Positions 1 through 9,502 are shown, numbered from the stretch's first letter. The stretch: 33,639 bases of DNA from Pirellulales bacterium (GCA_040901675.1 JBBDYJ010000021.1:1-33639), one strand, 5' to 3'. Notes: generated by a model not told the origin, from the letters alone. Translations and numbers: made by a program.

Positions 1-55
1 TCCACTGCGGAGGCCTGGATCTAGCCCCTTCACCCACTTAAAAGTCCGAAGAGCC
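1..55 (-). mobile_element. Probable insertion-sequence terminus running off the left edge (inverted repeat at 32-55)
   Basis: Minus strand 55->32 reads GGCTCTTCGGACTTTTAAGTGGGT, 21/24 identical to GGGTATTCGGACTTTTGAGTGGGT at 33586-33609 (+). No transposase lies inside the window. Confidence 0.6.
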
Positions 56-155
56 GTTTAGTTTGAGGACCATGCCAGCATTGTACCACCAGGCCCCCGC
101 GAGGGCGAGTCTGGCGCCAAGGCCAGCTCTGAATCGGACGCCCGACGCGGCGTGA

Positions 156-1142
156 TTATTTCGGTGACGCTCTTTCCCTGCCCTTGCCAGTCGCGGGGGG
201 CGCGGCTGTTCGGCGCTTGGTCGACCTAGCCACCGGCTTGCCGGCCGTTTTCTTCCGCGCGGTTTTTGGCGGCTTTGCCGCAACCGCCGGGGCGGTCTTG
301 ATCGTGGTCTTTCCGCCGGATTTCAAAGCTTCCTTTCCGCCAGGCTTGGAACGCGACTTCGCGGCTGGCCTGCCGCGGCGCCGCCGATCAGGTGCGCCGG
401 CGGACTTCGCCGCCGGCTCCCCGGCGTCCATCTCGATGCCGAACAGTTCGCCCAGGTCGCTGCCGGCCAACGCGCTGTCCTCGCCGGCGCCCAACATCCG
501 GTCCAGGTTCTCGGCGGCGACCGCTTGGCTGACCAGCTCCAGGTGATCGACGGCCCGCAACGTGAACAGCAATTCTGGTGCGGCGTCCAGTCGGGCTCCC
601 ACTCCGTACAGCGTGGCGGCCACGTGCTTGCACAGCGTGGCCCAGTCAGGGCACGTGCACTGCATCTTGATTTCCTTCGGCTGGGGAAAAAGCCCGCCAT
701 CGGTCCGCGTCAGCCGGCGCATCACTCCTTCGTCGAACCGCCCTTGCAGCAAGTCGATCAACGAATCGATCGACCGCGAGCAGTCTTGCTTGATCGCGCT
801 CCAGCAGGCCTTGGCAAGTGTCTTGATGGTGACGGTGACGCGGTAGATCTCCGAACCGCTGACAATAGCTTTGACCGTGCCGGGGCCGATGTCCAAGTCG
901 ATGATCGAGCCGTTCCGCGCGTAGGCCCGCCCGCGCGGCAGCCGGTTCTCGAAATCGCTGTATTGCTCCAGGTTGTCGCACCAGGCCAGGCCCCAGAACG
1001 ACTTGGCGATCTTCCGCCCTTCACATTGGATGGGACACAGAATCCGGCCTTCCTTTTTGGCCAGTTTCCGAGCGAATGCAGCGGCCTGGGCGCGCCGCCT
1101 GGCCACGGGAACGTACGGCTTCCAGTTTCCATACCATGACAT
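156..1142 (-). CDS. SWIM zinc-finger protein (SNF2 partner) with Lys/Arg/Ala-rich C-terminal tail
   Basis: CTCPDWATLCKH matches SWIM CxC..CxH; NRLPRGRAYARNG motif; start MSWYGNW at 1142 follows a GGAG-type RBS; downstream of SNF2. Confidence 0.88.
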   Translation of the reverse strand: MSWYGNWKPYVPVARRRAQAAAFARKLAKKEGRILCPIQCEGRKIAKSFWGLAWCDNLEQYSDFENRLPRGRAYARNGSIIDLDIGPGTVKAIVSGSEIYRVTVTIKTLAKACWSAIKQDCSRSIDSLIDLLQGRFDEGVMRRLTRTDGGLFPQPKEIKMQCTCPDWATLCKHVAATLYGVGARLDAAPELLFTLRAVDHLELVSQAVAAENLDRMLGAGEDSALAGSDLGELFGIEMDAGEPAAKSAGAPDRRRRGRPAAKSRSKPGGKEALKSGGKTTIKTAPAVAAKPPKTARKKTAGKPVARSTKRRTAAPPATGKGRERASPK

Positions 1143-1230
1143 GCTCCGACTCCTTTCGGTTGTTTTTTTCTGCCGCCGCAATCGGCCGGGCTGGCGCACG
1201 AGCCGGCTGGGGGATGCTGGCCGGCAAGCC

Positions 1231-1260
1231 AATCTAACGCGCGGGTCCGCGCGGCTTCAA
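1231..1260 (-). promoter_or_regulatory. Putative sigma70 promoter of the SWIM gene
   Basis: TTGAAG (1260-1255), 18 bp, TAGATT (1236-1231). Confidence 0.35.
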
Positions 1261-1332
1261 TTCCAGATTGCAAGGCGTGAGTGGCGGGGGCGCACCTGGA
1301 TGCTAGCATCCGATCGAAGCCGCGGGGCGCCA

Positions 1333-4053
1333 TCACTCGTCGGCCGCCGCCCGGCCGATGTCCAGCGCCACGAATCGCAACAGGGCCTCGTTGTCCATTT
1401 CCGTCAACAAGGTCTCACTTTCCTGGTTCAGCAACTGATCCGCCACGGCCTGCTTGTCGCGGATCATGGCGTCGATCCGCTCCTCGACGGTGCCCCGGCA
1501 GACGAACTTGTGCACCAGCACGTTGCGTTTCTGGCCGATGCGAAAGGCCCGGTCGGTGGCCTGGTTCTCGACGGCCGGGTTCCACCAGCGGTCGAAATGG
1601 ATCACGTGCGAGGCCGCGGTCAGGTTCAGCCCGCTGCCGCCGGCCTTGAGCGAAATCACAAAGAAGGGCGGCCCCTCGTCCTCCTGGAACCTGCGGACCA
1701 GCTCCGATCGCTTGCCCACCGGCGTGCCGCCGTCGAGCACCAGGCCGGCACGGCCAAACACCGTGGCCAGAAAGTCGGCCAGCGGCTGCGTGAGCATTTG
1801 GAACTGCGTGAAGACGAGCACTTTTTCCTGGCGCTCGGCGATCGGCTCGCACAGCAACCGTAGCCGCTCGAACTTGGCGCTCTGGTCAGGCCGGAATTCC
1901 GGACCCCGCAGATACAGCGCGGGGTGGTCGCAGATCTGCTTGAGCTGCATCAGTACCGCCAGCACCAGGCCTCGCCGCCCGATCCCCTCCGCCTCTTCCA
2001 GCCTCGTGGCAAGGTCGTCGACCGCTCGTTCGTACAGGGCGGCCTGCATCTTCGACAGCCCGCATTCGGCCCGCATCTCGGTCTTGTCGGGCAGGTCGGG
2101 GGCAATGGCCGGGTCCGTCTTCAGGCGGCGCAAGATGTAAGGCCGCACCAGCCGCCGCAATGCCCCGAACGCCCGTGCGTCTTGCTGGCCGTTCAAGCGC
2201 TTGACAAACTGCTTGAACTGGCCCGCGGTGCCCAGCAAACCCGGGCAGCAGAAGTCGAAGAGGCTCCACAGGTCGCCCAGGTGGTTCTCGACCGGCGTTC
2301 CCGTGAGCACGATGCGTCCCGCGGCCGGCAGCTTCTTGACGCTGCGGGTCTGCGCGGAGCCGGCGTTCTTGATCGCCTGCGCTTCGTCGAGTACGACCAG
2401 CGACCATCGCATCTCGCTCAGCCACTCCTGCCGCCGCACGAGGCCGTAGGTCGTGATAACCAGGTCGAAACCGGCCAGTGCGCGGCGAGCATCCTTCGCC
2501 ACGCGGGCCAGCTCGTCGGAATCGCACTCGCTCTTGTGTGCGAAAAACACCCGCAACGACGGCGCGAAGCGGGCCAGCTCCTGCCGCCAGTTTCCCAACA
2601 ACGACGCCGGCACGACCAGCAGGCTGGGTCCGCCGGCCTGATTCCCATTGCCCGGCAAACCGGGTGTGCGTTTGCGCGCCAAGAGCAGGTCGATGACTTG
2701 AATCGTCTTGCCCAGGCCCATGTCGTCGGCCAGGCACGCTCCCAGGCCAAGCCGGGTCATGAACCATAACCAGCGGACCCCCTCGGCCTGGTACGGACGT
2801 AGCGTGGCGCGCAGGTCGCGGCCCGGCTGGAAGCCGTCGATCGTGTCGGGTTGGTGGATGTGCTCCAGGGTCTGGCGAAGCCAGTCGCCCGCGGTAATGC
2901 GCGACCAGCCAGCGACGCGCTCGTCGTCGTCGTCATCGGTATCGAGCGGTGCCCCGGCCAAGAGCCGCATCCCCTCGACGAAGCTGATTCCGTCGGGATG
3001 TCCTTGTTCGAGCTGTTTCCAATGATCCAGCGCTTGTCGCAACTGCTGGCTGTCGACCTCGACCCACTTGCCGCGCAGCAGGAAAAGCCCGTCGGTGCCG
3101 GCCAGCAGCTCACGGCGCTCTAGTTCCGTGAGGCTCTCGCCGTCCAGGGCCACATCGACTTGAAAATCCAGCATGCCGGCGCTGACCTCGACCGGCCGCG
3201 AGCCGAGATGCACTTGGACTTGCGGGCGTGGAGGGCGGCGGGCCGACCACCAATCGGGCACACGGACCACGATGCCGGCCTCTTCCATCCGGGGCGACTC
3301 GGTAAGAAAGCGATACGCCTAGCGGACGGTCCAGGCCTGCGGCGCGAACAAGGCCTTGGTGTCCAACAGCTCGCGCACCAGGCTGCTGGTCTGGGCCGCC
3401 CGCCGCACTGGTTCGAGCAGCGATTCGAGCTTGCTTCGCTGTTTTGCTTCCGCGTAGGTCTTGAGCGCTTCGGCCAGCGCCAGGTGCCGCAGCCGCGCCT
3501 GGCCCGACAGCCCGTGCGTGTAGGTGGCCAGGAAGGCGAACGGGCGGTCCGCATTGCGCTTGTTCTCGGCCAGGTGGAACGTGACGCGACCCACCAGGTG
3601 CCAGAGCGGGTTGACCGTGCCCAGCCAGGCGGCCGGCCCTCCCGGAAATCCGGCGGCCTTGGCGACGACGAGCGACCGCAGCTCATGCCAGATTGTCCGC
3701 AGCAAATCGGGGTTCAGGTACTCTAAGCCGCGCATGGGCGGCGCTTCGGCGACGAGCTGTGCCAGGTCATCTTCCGGCGGCGGGGCGATCGACGGCCATT
3801 GATCGAACTCTCCTTCGCCCAGGTGGCATACCGCCTGGAAGAACCGCCGGGCCAGTCCGCGCCAGAACACGAAGGCTGGCGGCAGTTCGTGCGGGAGCTC
3901 CTGCGAGGCCAGAAGCAGCAGCCCGTCGCCGCGGGATCGCGCGAAGGCGTTTTCCAAGGCCGCGACCGCGCCGTCGCCGACCTCCGCCGAGCCATCGACG
4001 GCCTGCTCAACGTGCAGGTGCCCGCCGGGGGTGATAACGAGGCTGGCGTCCAT
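1333..4053 (-). pseudogene. SNF2-family helicase interrupted by a single in-frame TAG at 3319-3321
   Basis: ORFs 3319..4059 and 1333..3288 share a frame and read QAWTVR*AYRFLTESPRMEEAG across the stop. Motifs LADDMGLGKT, DEAQ, TGTP and QATDRAFRIGQ are intact. Confidence 0.85.
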
Positions 4054-4117
4054 CAGCAACAGAATATACCAACCCGACGCAGATTTACGCTGATTACGCT
4101 GACGACGAACGGCGATT

Positions 4118-5200
4118 TCATGACGGGCATCCGAGCTCCAAGATCTGTTCCACGATCCGCTCTCCCATCTGGGCCGTTGTCAGCCGGCCGCCCAGGTCGG
4201 GCGTCGCATGGCCGGCCGCAATGGTCCGCTCGATCGCGGTTCGAATCGACTCCGCCGCCCGCGTTTCGCCCAGCCACTCGATCATCATCGCCGCGCTGAG
4301 CACGGCCGCGATCGGGTTGGCCTGGCCGGAGCCGGCGATGTCGGGCGCCGAGCCGTGGACCGGCTCGAACATCGAGGGGAATGTGCGCTGCGGGTTCAGG
4401 TTCGAGCTGGGCGCCAGCCCAAGCCCTCCGCTGATCAGGCCGCCCAGGTCGGTCAGAATATCGCCGAACAGGTTAGAAGCCACCACGACGTCGAACCGCT
4501 CCGGGCAACGGACGAAGTTCATCACGGCCGCGTCGGCGTGCTGCTTATCGGCGGCCACTGCCGGGTAGCGGCCGCGCATCTCTTCCAGGATTTCGTCCCA
4601 GAGCACGTAGGCATAGCCCTGGGCGTTGCTCTTGGTGATCATCGTCAGACGGTTGCGGCGTCGGCCGGCCATCTCGAATCCGAACTTCAGGATCCGTTCG
4701 ATGCCCCGCCGCGTGTGAACGGCCGTCTGGATGGCCGACTCGTCGGCGTGTCCCACGTGAAAGCGGCCCCCCACGTGGACGTATTCACCTTCGGAATTCT
4801 CGCGAATCACCACCAGGTCGATGTCGGCCGGCCCCTTGCCGGCCAGCACGCATTGGACCCCCGGCAGCAGCCGGGCCGGCCGCACGCAGGCGTACTGGTC
4901 GAAGGCCTGCCGGATCCGCACCAGCGGGGCCAGCGTGACGTGGTCGGGCAGCTCGGCCGGCCAGCCGACGGCGCCCAGCAGGATGGCATCGAAGGGGCGC
5001 AGGACGTCGAGGAAATCGTCGGGGACGAGCTGGCCGGTTTTTCGCCAGCGCGTCACGCCCCAATCGAACTGGGTGAACTCCAGCGCAAAGCGGACTTGTC
5101 GCTGTTGGACCGCTTGCAGGGCTCGCAGGGCCTCGCGGGTCACATCCGGGCCGATTCCGTCGCCCGGATAGAGGGCGATTCTGTATGTCTTCAACGGCAA
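4118..5200 (-). CDS. Tartrate/D-malate dehydrogenase-like enzyme (isocitrate/isopropylmalate dehydrogenase family)
   Basis: PGDGIGPDV, RENSEGEY, TKSN, NLFGDILTD and EPVHGSAPDIAG motifs. Confidence 0.88.
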   Translation of the reverse strand: MPLKTYRIALYPGDGIGPDVTREALRALQAVQQRQVRFALEFTQFDWGVTRWRKTGQLVPDDFLDVLRPFDAILLGAVGWPAELPDHVTLAPLVRIRQAFDQYACVRPARLLPGVQCVLAGKGPADIDLVVIRENSEGEYVHVGGRFHVGHADESAIQTAVHTRRGIERILKFGFEMAGRRRNRLTMITKSNAQGYAYVLWDEILEEMRGRYPAVAADKQHADAAVMNFVRCPERFDVVVASNLFGDILTDLGGLISGGLGLAPSSNLNPQRTFPSMFEPVHGSAPDIAGSGQANPIAAVLSAAMMIEWLGETRAAESIRTAIERTIAAGHATPDLGGRLTTAQMGERIVEQILELGCPS

Positions 5201-5288
5201 CTCCCGCTGTGTTAGTCAGCCAAAGGCCCAAGCCAGCCTACCGCCCGCGGCCTCCTCGTGCTACTGGTGGAGCGAGGGAGGAAGGGGG

Positions 5289-5330
5289 GAAGGAGGAAGG
5301 CAGAAGGGCGAAGGCAGAAGGGCGAAGGGA
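5289..5330 (+). repeat. Heptamer tandem repeat (GAAGGCA/GAAGGGC)
   Basis: gaaggag gaaggca gaagggc gaaggca gaagggc gaaggga. Confidence 0.8.
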
Positions 5331-5332
5331 CA

Positions 5333-5526
5333 GGCGGCCTGGGAAGGCCGTCCTACGACGCGACGACGCGGCGGAACCTAGCTACGTCGCGCACAGCTAC
5401 TAACGACCAGAAGTCTGGCGAGTCCTGCCACGGTGACGCTACGACGCTAACGACGCGGCGGAACGAGCTACGTCACGCGGAATGTGACGGCTACTAACGA
5501 CCAGAACTCTGGCGAGTCCTGCTACG
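5333..5526. repeat. Cluster of CTAC/GTAG-ended REP-like palindromes including an imperfect tandem duplication
   Basis: GGCGGCCTGGGAAGGCCGTCCTAC, then two related units (~5353-5432, ~5439-5526) sharing CTACGACGC..ACGACGCGGCGGAAC..AGCTACGTC..GCTACTAACGACCAGAA.TCTGGCGAGTCCTGC.ACG. Confidence 0.75.
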
Positions 5527-5584
5527 AACGCGACAGGCCGCGTTCTCCAAGTAGTGCCACAAGGGCGGCGGGGATGGAGGGCAA

Positions 5585-5818
5585 CTAGGCGCACTCGACG
5601 AAAAAGGGGGACTCGGCGGGACGGCTGGCGCCGGCGGCTGTGTCGGCCGCGGCTTCCTGGCCGTGAATGCGGCGCTGAACTTCCTCGCGGTGAATCGGTA
5701 TCTCACCCGGAGCCACAAAGCCGAGCTTGACCGTCTCGCCGCGGACGTCGAGCACCGTCAGCACGATGTTCGGACCAATCACTACCCGCTCGCCCTTCTT
5801 GCGACTTAAAACCAGCAT
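5585..5818 (-). CDS. csrA: Carbon storage regulator CsrA family RNA-binding protein
   Basis: MLVLSRKKGERVVIG...VKLGFVAPGEIPIHREEV signature; AAGGGAG RBS. Confidence 0.92.
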   Translation of the reverse strand: MLVLSRKKGERVVIGPNIVLTVLDVRGETVKLGFVAPGEIPIHREEVQRRIHGQEAAADTAAGASRPAESPFFVECA

Positions 5819-5891
5819 GGAACTCCCTTTCATATGGATTAAGGCAGGCCCCGGCCCGACGTGGACGAGAGACCTTCGGATCGATTCGGGT

Positions 5892-6200
5892 TCAACCACC
5901 GGCACGCAACGAGGGGAGCCGATGCGACGCGGCCCGCGGATCGACCACCTCGACGTCGTCGACGATCCTCTCGATCCCTTGAATGCGGCCGACTCGGGAA
6001 CAGGCCATCTGCTTGTGGTAATAGCTCGGCACGCGGCCGCGGAGCGTCAGGACGCCATCGCGAAAGTCGCACGCCAGGCGCCGCACCGCCGGGTAGGGAC
6101 TCGTTCTTAATCGTGACTCGGCCAGCTCGAGTAAATCCGAGCTGCCGGCAGCCAACGAGCCCGTGGCCACGAAGGCATCGTGGTCGGAAAGTTTTGACAT
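5892..6200 (-). CDS. BON-domain protein
   Basis: DGVLTLRGRVPSYYHKQMA...GIERIVDDVEV; GGAG before ATG 6200. Confidence 0.85.
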   Translation of the reverse strand: MSKLSDHDAFVATGSLAAGSSDLLELAESRLRTSPYPAVRRLACDFRDGVLTLRGRVPSYYHKQMACSRVGRIQGIERIVDDVEVVDPRAASHRLPSLRAGG

Positions 6201-6631
6201 CGTGTGACTCCAGAAGGACATGGATCTTGCAGGGATGGCCAGCCGAGGGCATCCGGCAGGCAAACGGATTCCGTGGCCCAGCATGAACCACAGCAGGCTG
6301 CACGGCGGGCGCGAATCCTGGACGGCCCGCTAAACGCAAAGGCCCCTTTCGTGCACCAGGCGCCAAAGGCCACGCGATGCAGAGGGGCTGTTCAAGCCTG
6401 CCAAACTGCGCCCACTCGTGAGCGCTCAGCGGTCATGCTACCGGTCGACCGCGAGCATGTCAATGCGCGCGAGGACCTCTTGTCAGGAAACGGACATTCG
6501 GTGGATCCAGAACAGGCAAGGCGCAAGGATCAAGGACGGGTAACACGGGGAAGCGATGGAACTTGGCTCGCTTTTCTCGGTCCGGCTTGCCTCGTGCTGG
6601 CTGCCGCGAAAAAAAAATATGGAAAAGAGGA

Positions 6632-6683
6632 TTGACCGCCTACGACGAGTTGTAGTAGTATGGCGTCGGACAGGTTGTAGTAG
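6632..6683 (+). promoter_or_regulatory. blaI promoter with two BlaI-type operator boxes
   Basis: TTGACC (6632), 18 bp, TAGTAT (6656); TACGAC-N5-GTAGTA at 6641-6657 and degenerate TCGGAC-N5-GTAGTA at 6666-6682. Confidence 0.7.
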
Positions 6684-6725
6684 GCGGACCGCACTTCGCC
6701 CGCCGTCCCTCGCAGGAGCCAAGGA

Positions 6726-7154
6726 ATGTCGGCCAAACGCACGCTGAGCGAGACCGAGCTGGAGGTCTTGAAGGCGCTCTGGGAGCTGGGTTCCGGCACG
6801 GTCCGCTCGCTCAACGAGCTGTTGCACGAGCGGGGCCGCCGCTGGGCCTATACCACGGTGCTCACGCTGTTGTATCGCTTGGAGAGCAAGGGCTTCGTGG
6901 CCAGCGACAAGACGGCCGTGGCCCACGTTTTCCGGCCTTTGGTCTCGCGAGAAAAGTTGCTGCGGCAGCGTCTGACGCACCTGGCCGACGAGCTGTGCGA
7001 GGGCACGGCGACGCCGCTGGTGCAGGCCTTGGTCGAGGGGCATCGTTTTTCAGCGGATGAGATCGAGCAATTCCGGCAGATGCTCGACGAACTGGAAACC
7101 AGGCAGGCCTCGGACAGGCCGCCTCGCCGAACGAAGCGGAATCGGGAGCCGTAG
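6726..7154 (+). CDS. BlaI/MecI/CopY family transcriptional repressor
   Basis: LSETELEVLKALW, WAYTTVLTLLYRLESKGFV, FSADEIEQFRQML. Confidence 0.93.
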   Translation: MSAKRTLSETELEVLKALWELGSGTVRSLNELLHERGRRWAYTTVLTLLYRLESKGFVASDKTAVAHVFRPLVSREKLLRQRLTHLADELCEGTATPLVQALVEGHRFSADEIEQFRQMLDELETRQASDRPPRRTKRNREP

Positions 7155-7159
7155 GCGCG

Positions 7160-9415
7160 ATGGTCTGGTGGCTTGCTCAAAACACGATCGTGGCTTCGGC
7201 CTTGGCGCTGCTGGTGGCCTTGGCGTGCCGAGCGTTCCGATTGTCGCCGGCGGTCCGCCATGCGTTGTGGCTGGTGGTGCTGGTGAAGCTCGTCTTGCCG
7301 CCGGTCGTCTCCTGGCACCCTCCGCTGCCCGGGTTTTTGCTCGCGGCCGCAAGCTCGGCCCGTCCGGCGATGCAGGTCGATGGCGATTCCTCGGCGGGTC
7401 GCGGCGAGCCACAGTTGGCGCGGTCAGGATCGCCGGCCGAGACTTGGGGGAGCGAGTATCGAGAGTTCCCATGGCCGGCTGGCGACGGCGAGGGGGAAAT
7501 GGAGTGTTGGGGATGGGGAGTGGAAGGAGATGAAATCGCCTGGGATCCGGCTTATTTCGGGCCAGGCTGTTTTCCGGAGGCTCCCTGGGCGGAAGACGGG
7601 GCGCCGCTCGACGGCGGCGGGGAGCCGCAAGGCGAAATCGCTCCCGCCGGCGCCGCCCCGCTCGACCAGCCGCCGATCGGCGGCGGTTTGCAAGCCCAGT
7701 CGTCCGGCGCACCAGCGGATCAGGCGGCCCTTGGAACGACTCCAGGCGCGGCCAGTTGGTCCGCGTTGCTTGCGGCGATTTGGAGTATCGCTCTGTGGAT
7801 CTGGCTGGCGGGAACCGCCGTCGCCGTCGTGATCCAGTCGGTGCGGCTGGTGCGATTGCGGCGACTGTTGGCACGCTGCGAGCCGGCGCCCCCCTGGCTT
7901 GAATCGCTGGTCGGCGAGCTCTCGGCAAAGCTGGCGCTGCGGCCGCCCGTGGTGCTCGACGGACCCAATGGTTCGACGCCCATGGTCTGCAGCCTTTTTC
8001 GGCCGACGCTGGTTTGGCCTCGGCCGCTCACCGATCACCTGCCGGCCAGGTGCCGGCGGGCGGTGCTCGTGCACGAGCTGGCTCACCTGCGGCGACGCGA
8101 CCACTGGGTGGGATGGCTCGAGTTGTTGGCCGGCTGCGCCTGGTGGTGGAACCCGCTCTTCTGGTACGTGCGGCATCAATTGCGCGAGGCCGCCGAGCTC
8201 GCCTGCGACGCCTGGGTGGTCGCCGCGCTGCCCGAGGGGCGGCGTGTCTATGCCGAGGCCTTGATCGAAGTCTCTTCGTTGGTTTCATTCGCGGCGGCGC
8301 CGGTGCCTGCCGTGGGAATGGGCAGCAGTGCCCGACGCACGTTCGAAAGGAGATTGCATATGATTCTGCGTGAACGCGTTCGATGCCGCGTGCCCGTGGC
8401 CGGCCTGGCCGCCATTGGGCTTTTAGCACTAGCCGTCATGCCTGGCTGGACACAGGGCCAGGCAACCTCGGAGGCCACGGTCGAGCAGGCCGCGTCGCCC
8501 AGCGATCAAGGCGATGCGGAAATCTTTGTCACGACCGCGGCCCCGCCCGATGCACCGCTGAACGAACGCACGGTTGAAACGGTTGAGTTCGTCCAGGGGG
8601 GCGAGCGGGAAGAACGCAGGGTCGAAACCGTTGAATCGGTCCAATCCGGCACCCTGCCCGCCGTGGAAGCGAGTTTGGTTTTCGAACCAGCCCAGGCGAT
8701 TGACTCCCAGCCGGGTGTCCCCGGCCGGCCGACGTTCCATGTCCGCACGGTGCAGGCCGCCCACGCGGCTGCACCGGCTCAACTCCAAAGCCTGGAAGCA
8801 CGGCTGGAGCAATTGCTGGCGGAGGTCCGCGCGCTGCGGGCAGGCGGCGGTCCCCAGGCGACAGCCGCTTACCCGGCGACCCGGTCGGTGCGGGTCAATC
8901 TCCCGCATGTCATCCATGCGACGCCCACGCTGCACGTGGCGCGCGTCGCCGGCGCCGGCGACATGCAAATGCTGTCGCGAGCCAAGTACAGGCTGCCCGA
9001 GGGGAAGGCCGAGGCCCTGGCCGCGTTCATCCAAGAGCACGTCAAGGCCGAAGTGGATACCAAGGTGGATGGCGAAGTGCTGATCATCACCGCCGAGCCG
9101 CACGCTCAAACGGCCATTGCGCAGTTCATCCGTTTGATGGACCCCCGGCAGCCCACCCAGGCGCGCAACGTCCCGACTCCGACTCCTGCTGCGCCGCAAG
9201 AACCCGGCACAGCGTTACCCGCGGCGCCGCGACAGTCGGTCGTGCCGCCGCCACCGGCCGCCCCCTCGGCTCCCGCGACGGAACCACCAGTCGGACGACC
9301 CAACGTGCCCGCGGCCGACCCCTTCGGCAGTTCCGGCGGCGGGATTGCCCCGGAAACGCCCGCGGCCGAGCCGGCCAGCCCGGTTGACTTGCCAACCGCG
9401 CCGGCCACTCCCTGA
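7160..9415 (+). CDS. BlaR1-like M56 metallopeptidase signal transducer with non-penicillin-binding C-terminus
   Basis: RHALWLVVLVKL, HELAHLRRRD (HExxH), WWWNP, ELACD; several hydrophobic helices; Pro-rich tail. Confidence 0.9.
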   Translation: MVWWLAQNTIVASALALLVALACRAFRLSPAVRHALWLVVLVKLVLPPVVSWHPPLPGFLLAAASSARPAMQVDGDSSAGRGEPQLARSGSPAETWGSEYREFPWPAGDGEGEMECWGWGVEGDEIAWDPAYFGPGCFPEAPWAEDGAPLDGGGEPQGEIAPAGAAPLDQPPIGGGLQAQSSGAPADQAALGTTPGAASWSALLAAIWSIALWIWLAGTAVAVVIQSVRLVRLRRLLARCEPAPPWLESLVGELSAKLALRPPVVLDGPNGSTPMVCSLFRPTLVWPRPLTDHLPARCRRAVLVHELAHLRRRDHWVGWLELLAGCAWWWNPLFWYVRHQLREAAELACDAWVVAALPEGRRVYAEALIEVSSLVSFAAAPVPAVGMGSSARRTFERRLHMILRERVRCRVPVAGLAAIGLLALAVMPGWTQGQATSEATVEQAASPSDQGDAEIFVTTAAPPDAPLNERTVETVEFVQGGEREERRVETVESVQSGTLPAVEASLVFEPAQAIDSQPGVPGRPTFHVRTVQAAHAAAPAQLQSLEARLEQLLAEVRALRAGGGPQATAAYPATRSVRVNLPHVIHATPTLHVARVAGAGDMQMLSRAKYRLPEGKAEALAAFIQEHVKAEVDTKVDGEVLIITAEPHAQTAIAQFIRLMDPRQPTQARNVPTPTPAAPQEPGTALPAAPRQSVVPPPPAAPSAPATEPPVGRPNVPAADPFGSSGGGIAPETPAAEPASPVDLPTAPATP

Positions 9416-9439
9416 TGCCGCGCGGCACGGCGAACTGAG

Positions 9440-9475
9440 AAAGCGGGGCCGGGCCTGGCCTGGCCCCGCTTTTTC
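9440..9475. terminator. Rho-independent terminator after the M56 gene
   Basis: AAAGCGGGGCC..GGCCCCGCTTT stem followed by a T run. Confidence 0.75.
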
Positions 9476-9502
9476 GTGCTTTTGCCCAGGCCGCATTCGC
9501 CT

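Noticed and set aside
3319..3321. Genome-wide TAG reassignment
   Set aside because: Conserved genes (rplT, pheS, mazE, mazF, ctpA) end in TAG at their expected C-termini.
5353..5526. Possible mini CRISPR array
   Set aside because: Only two degenerate units, no unique spacers of constant length and no cas genes; a REP mosaic explains it better.
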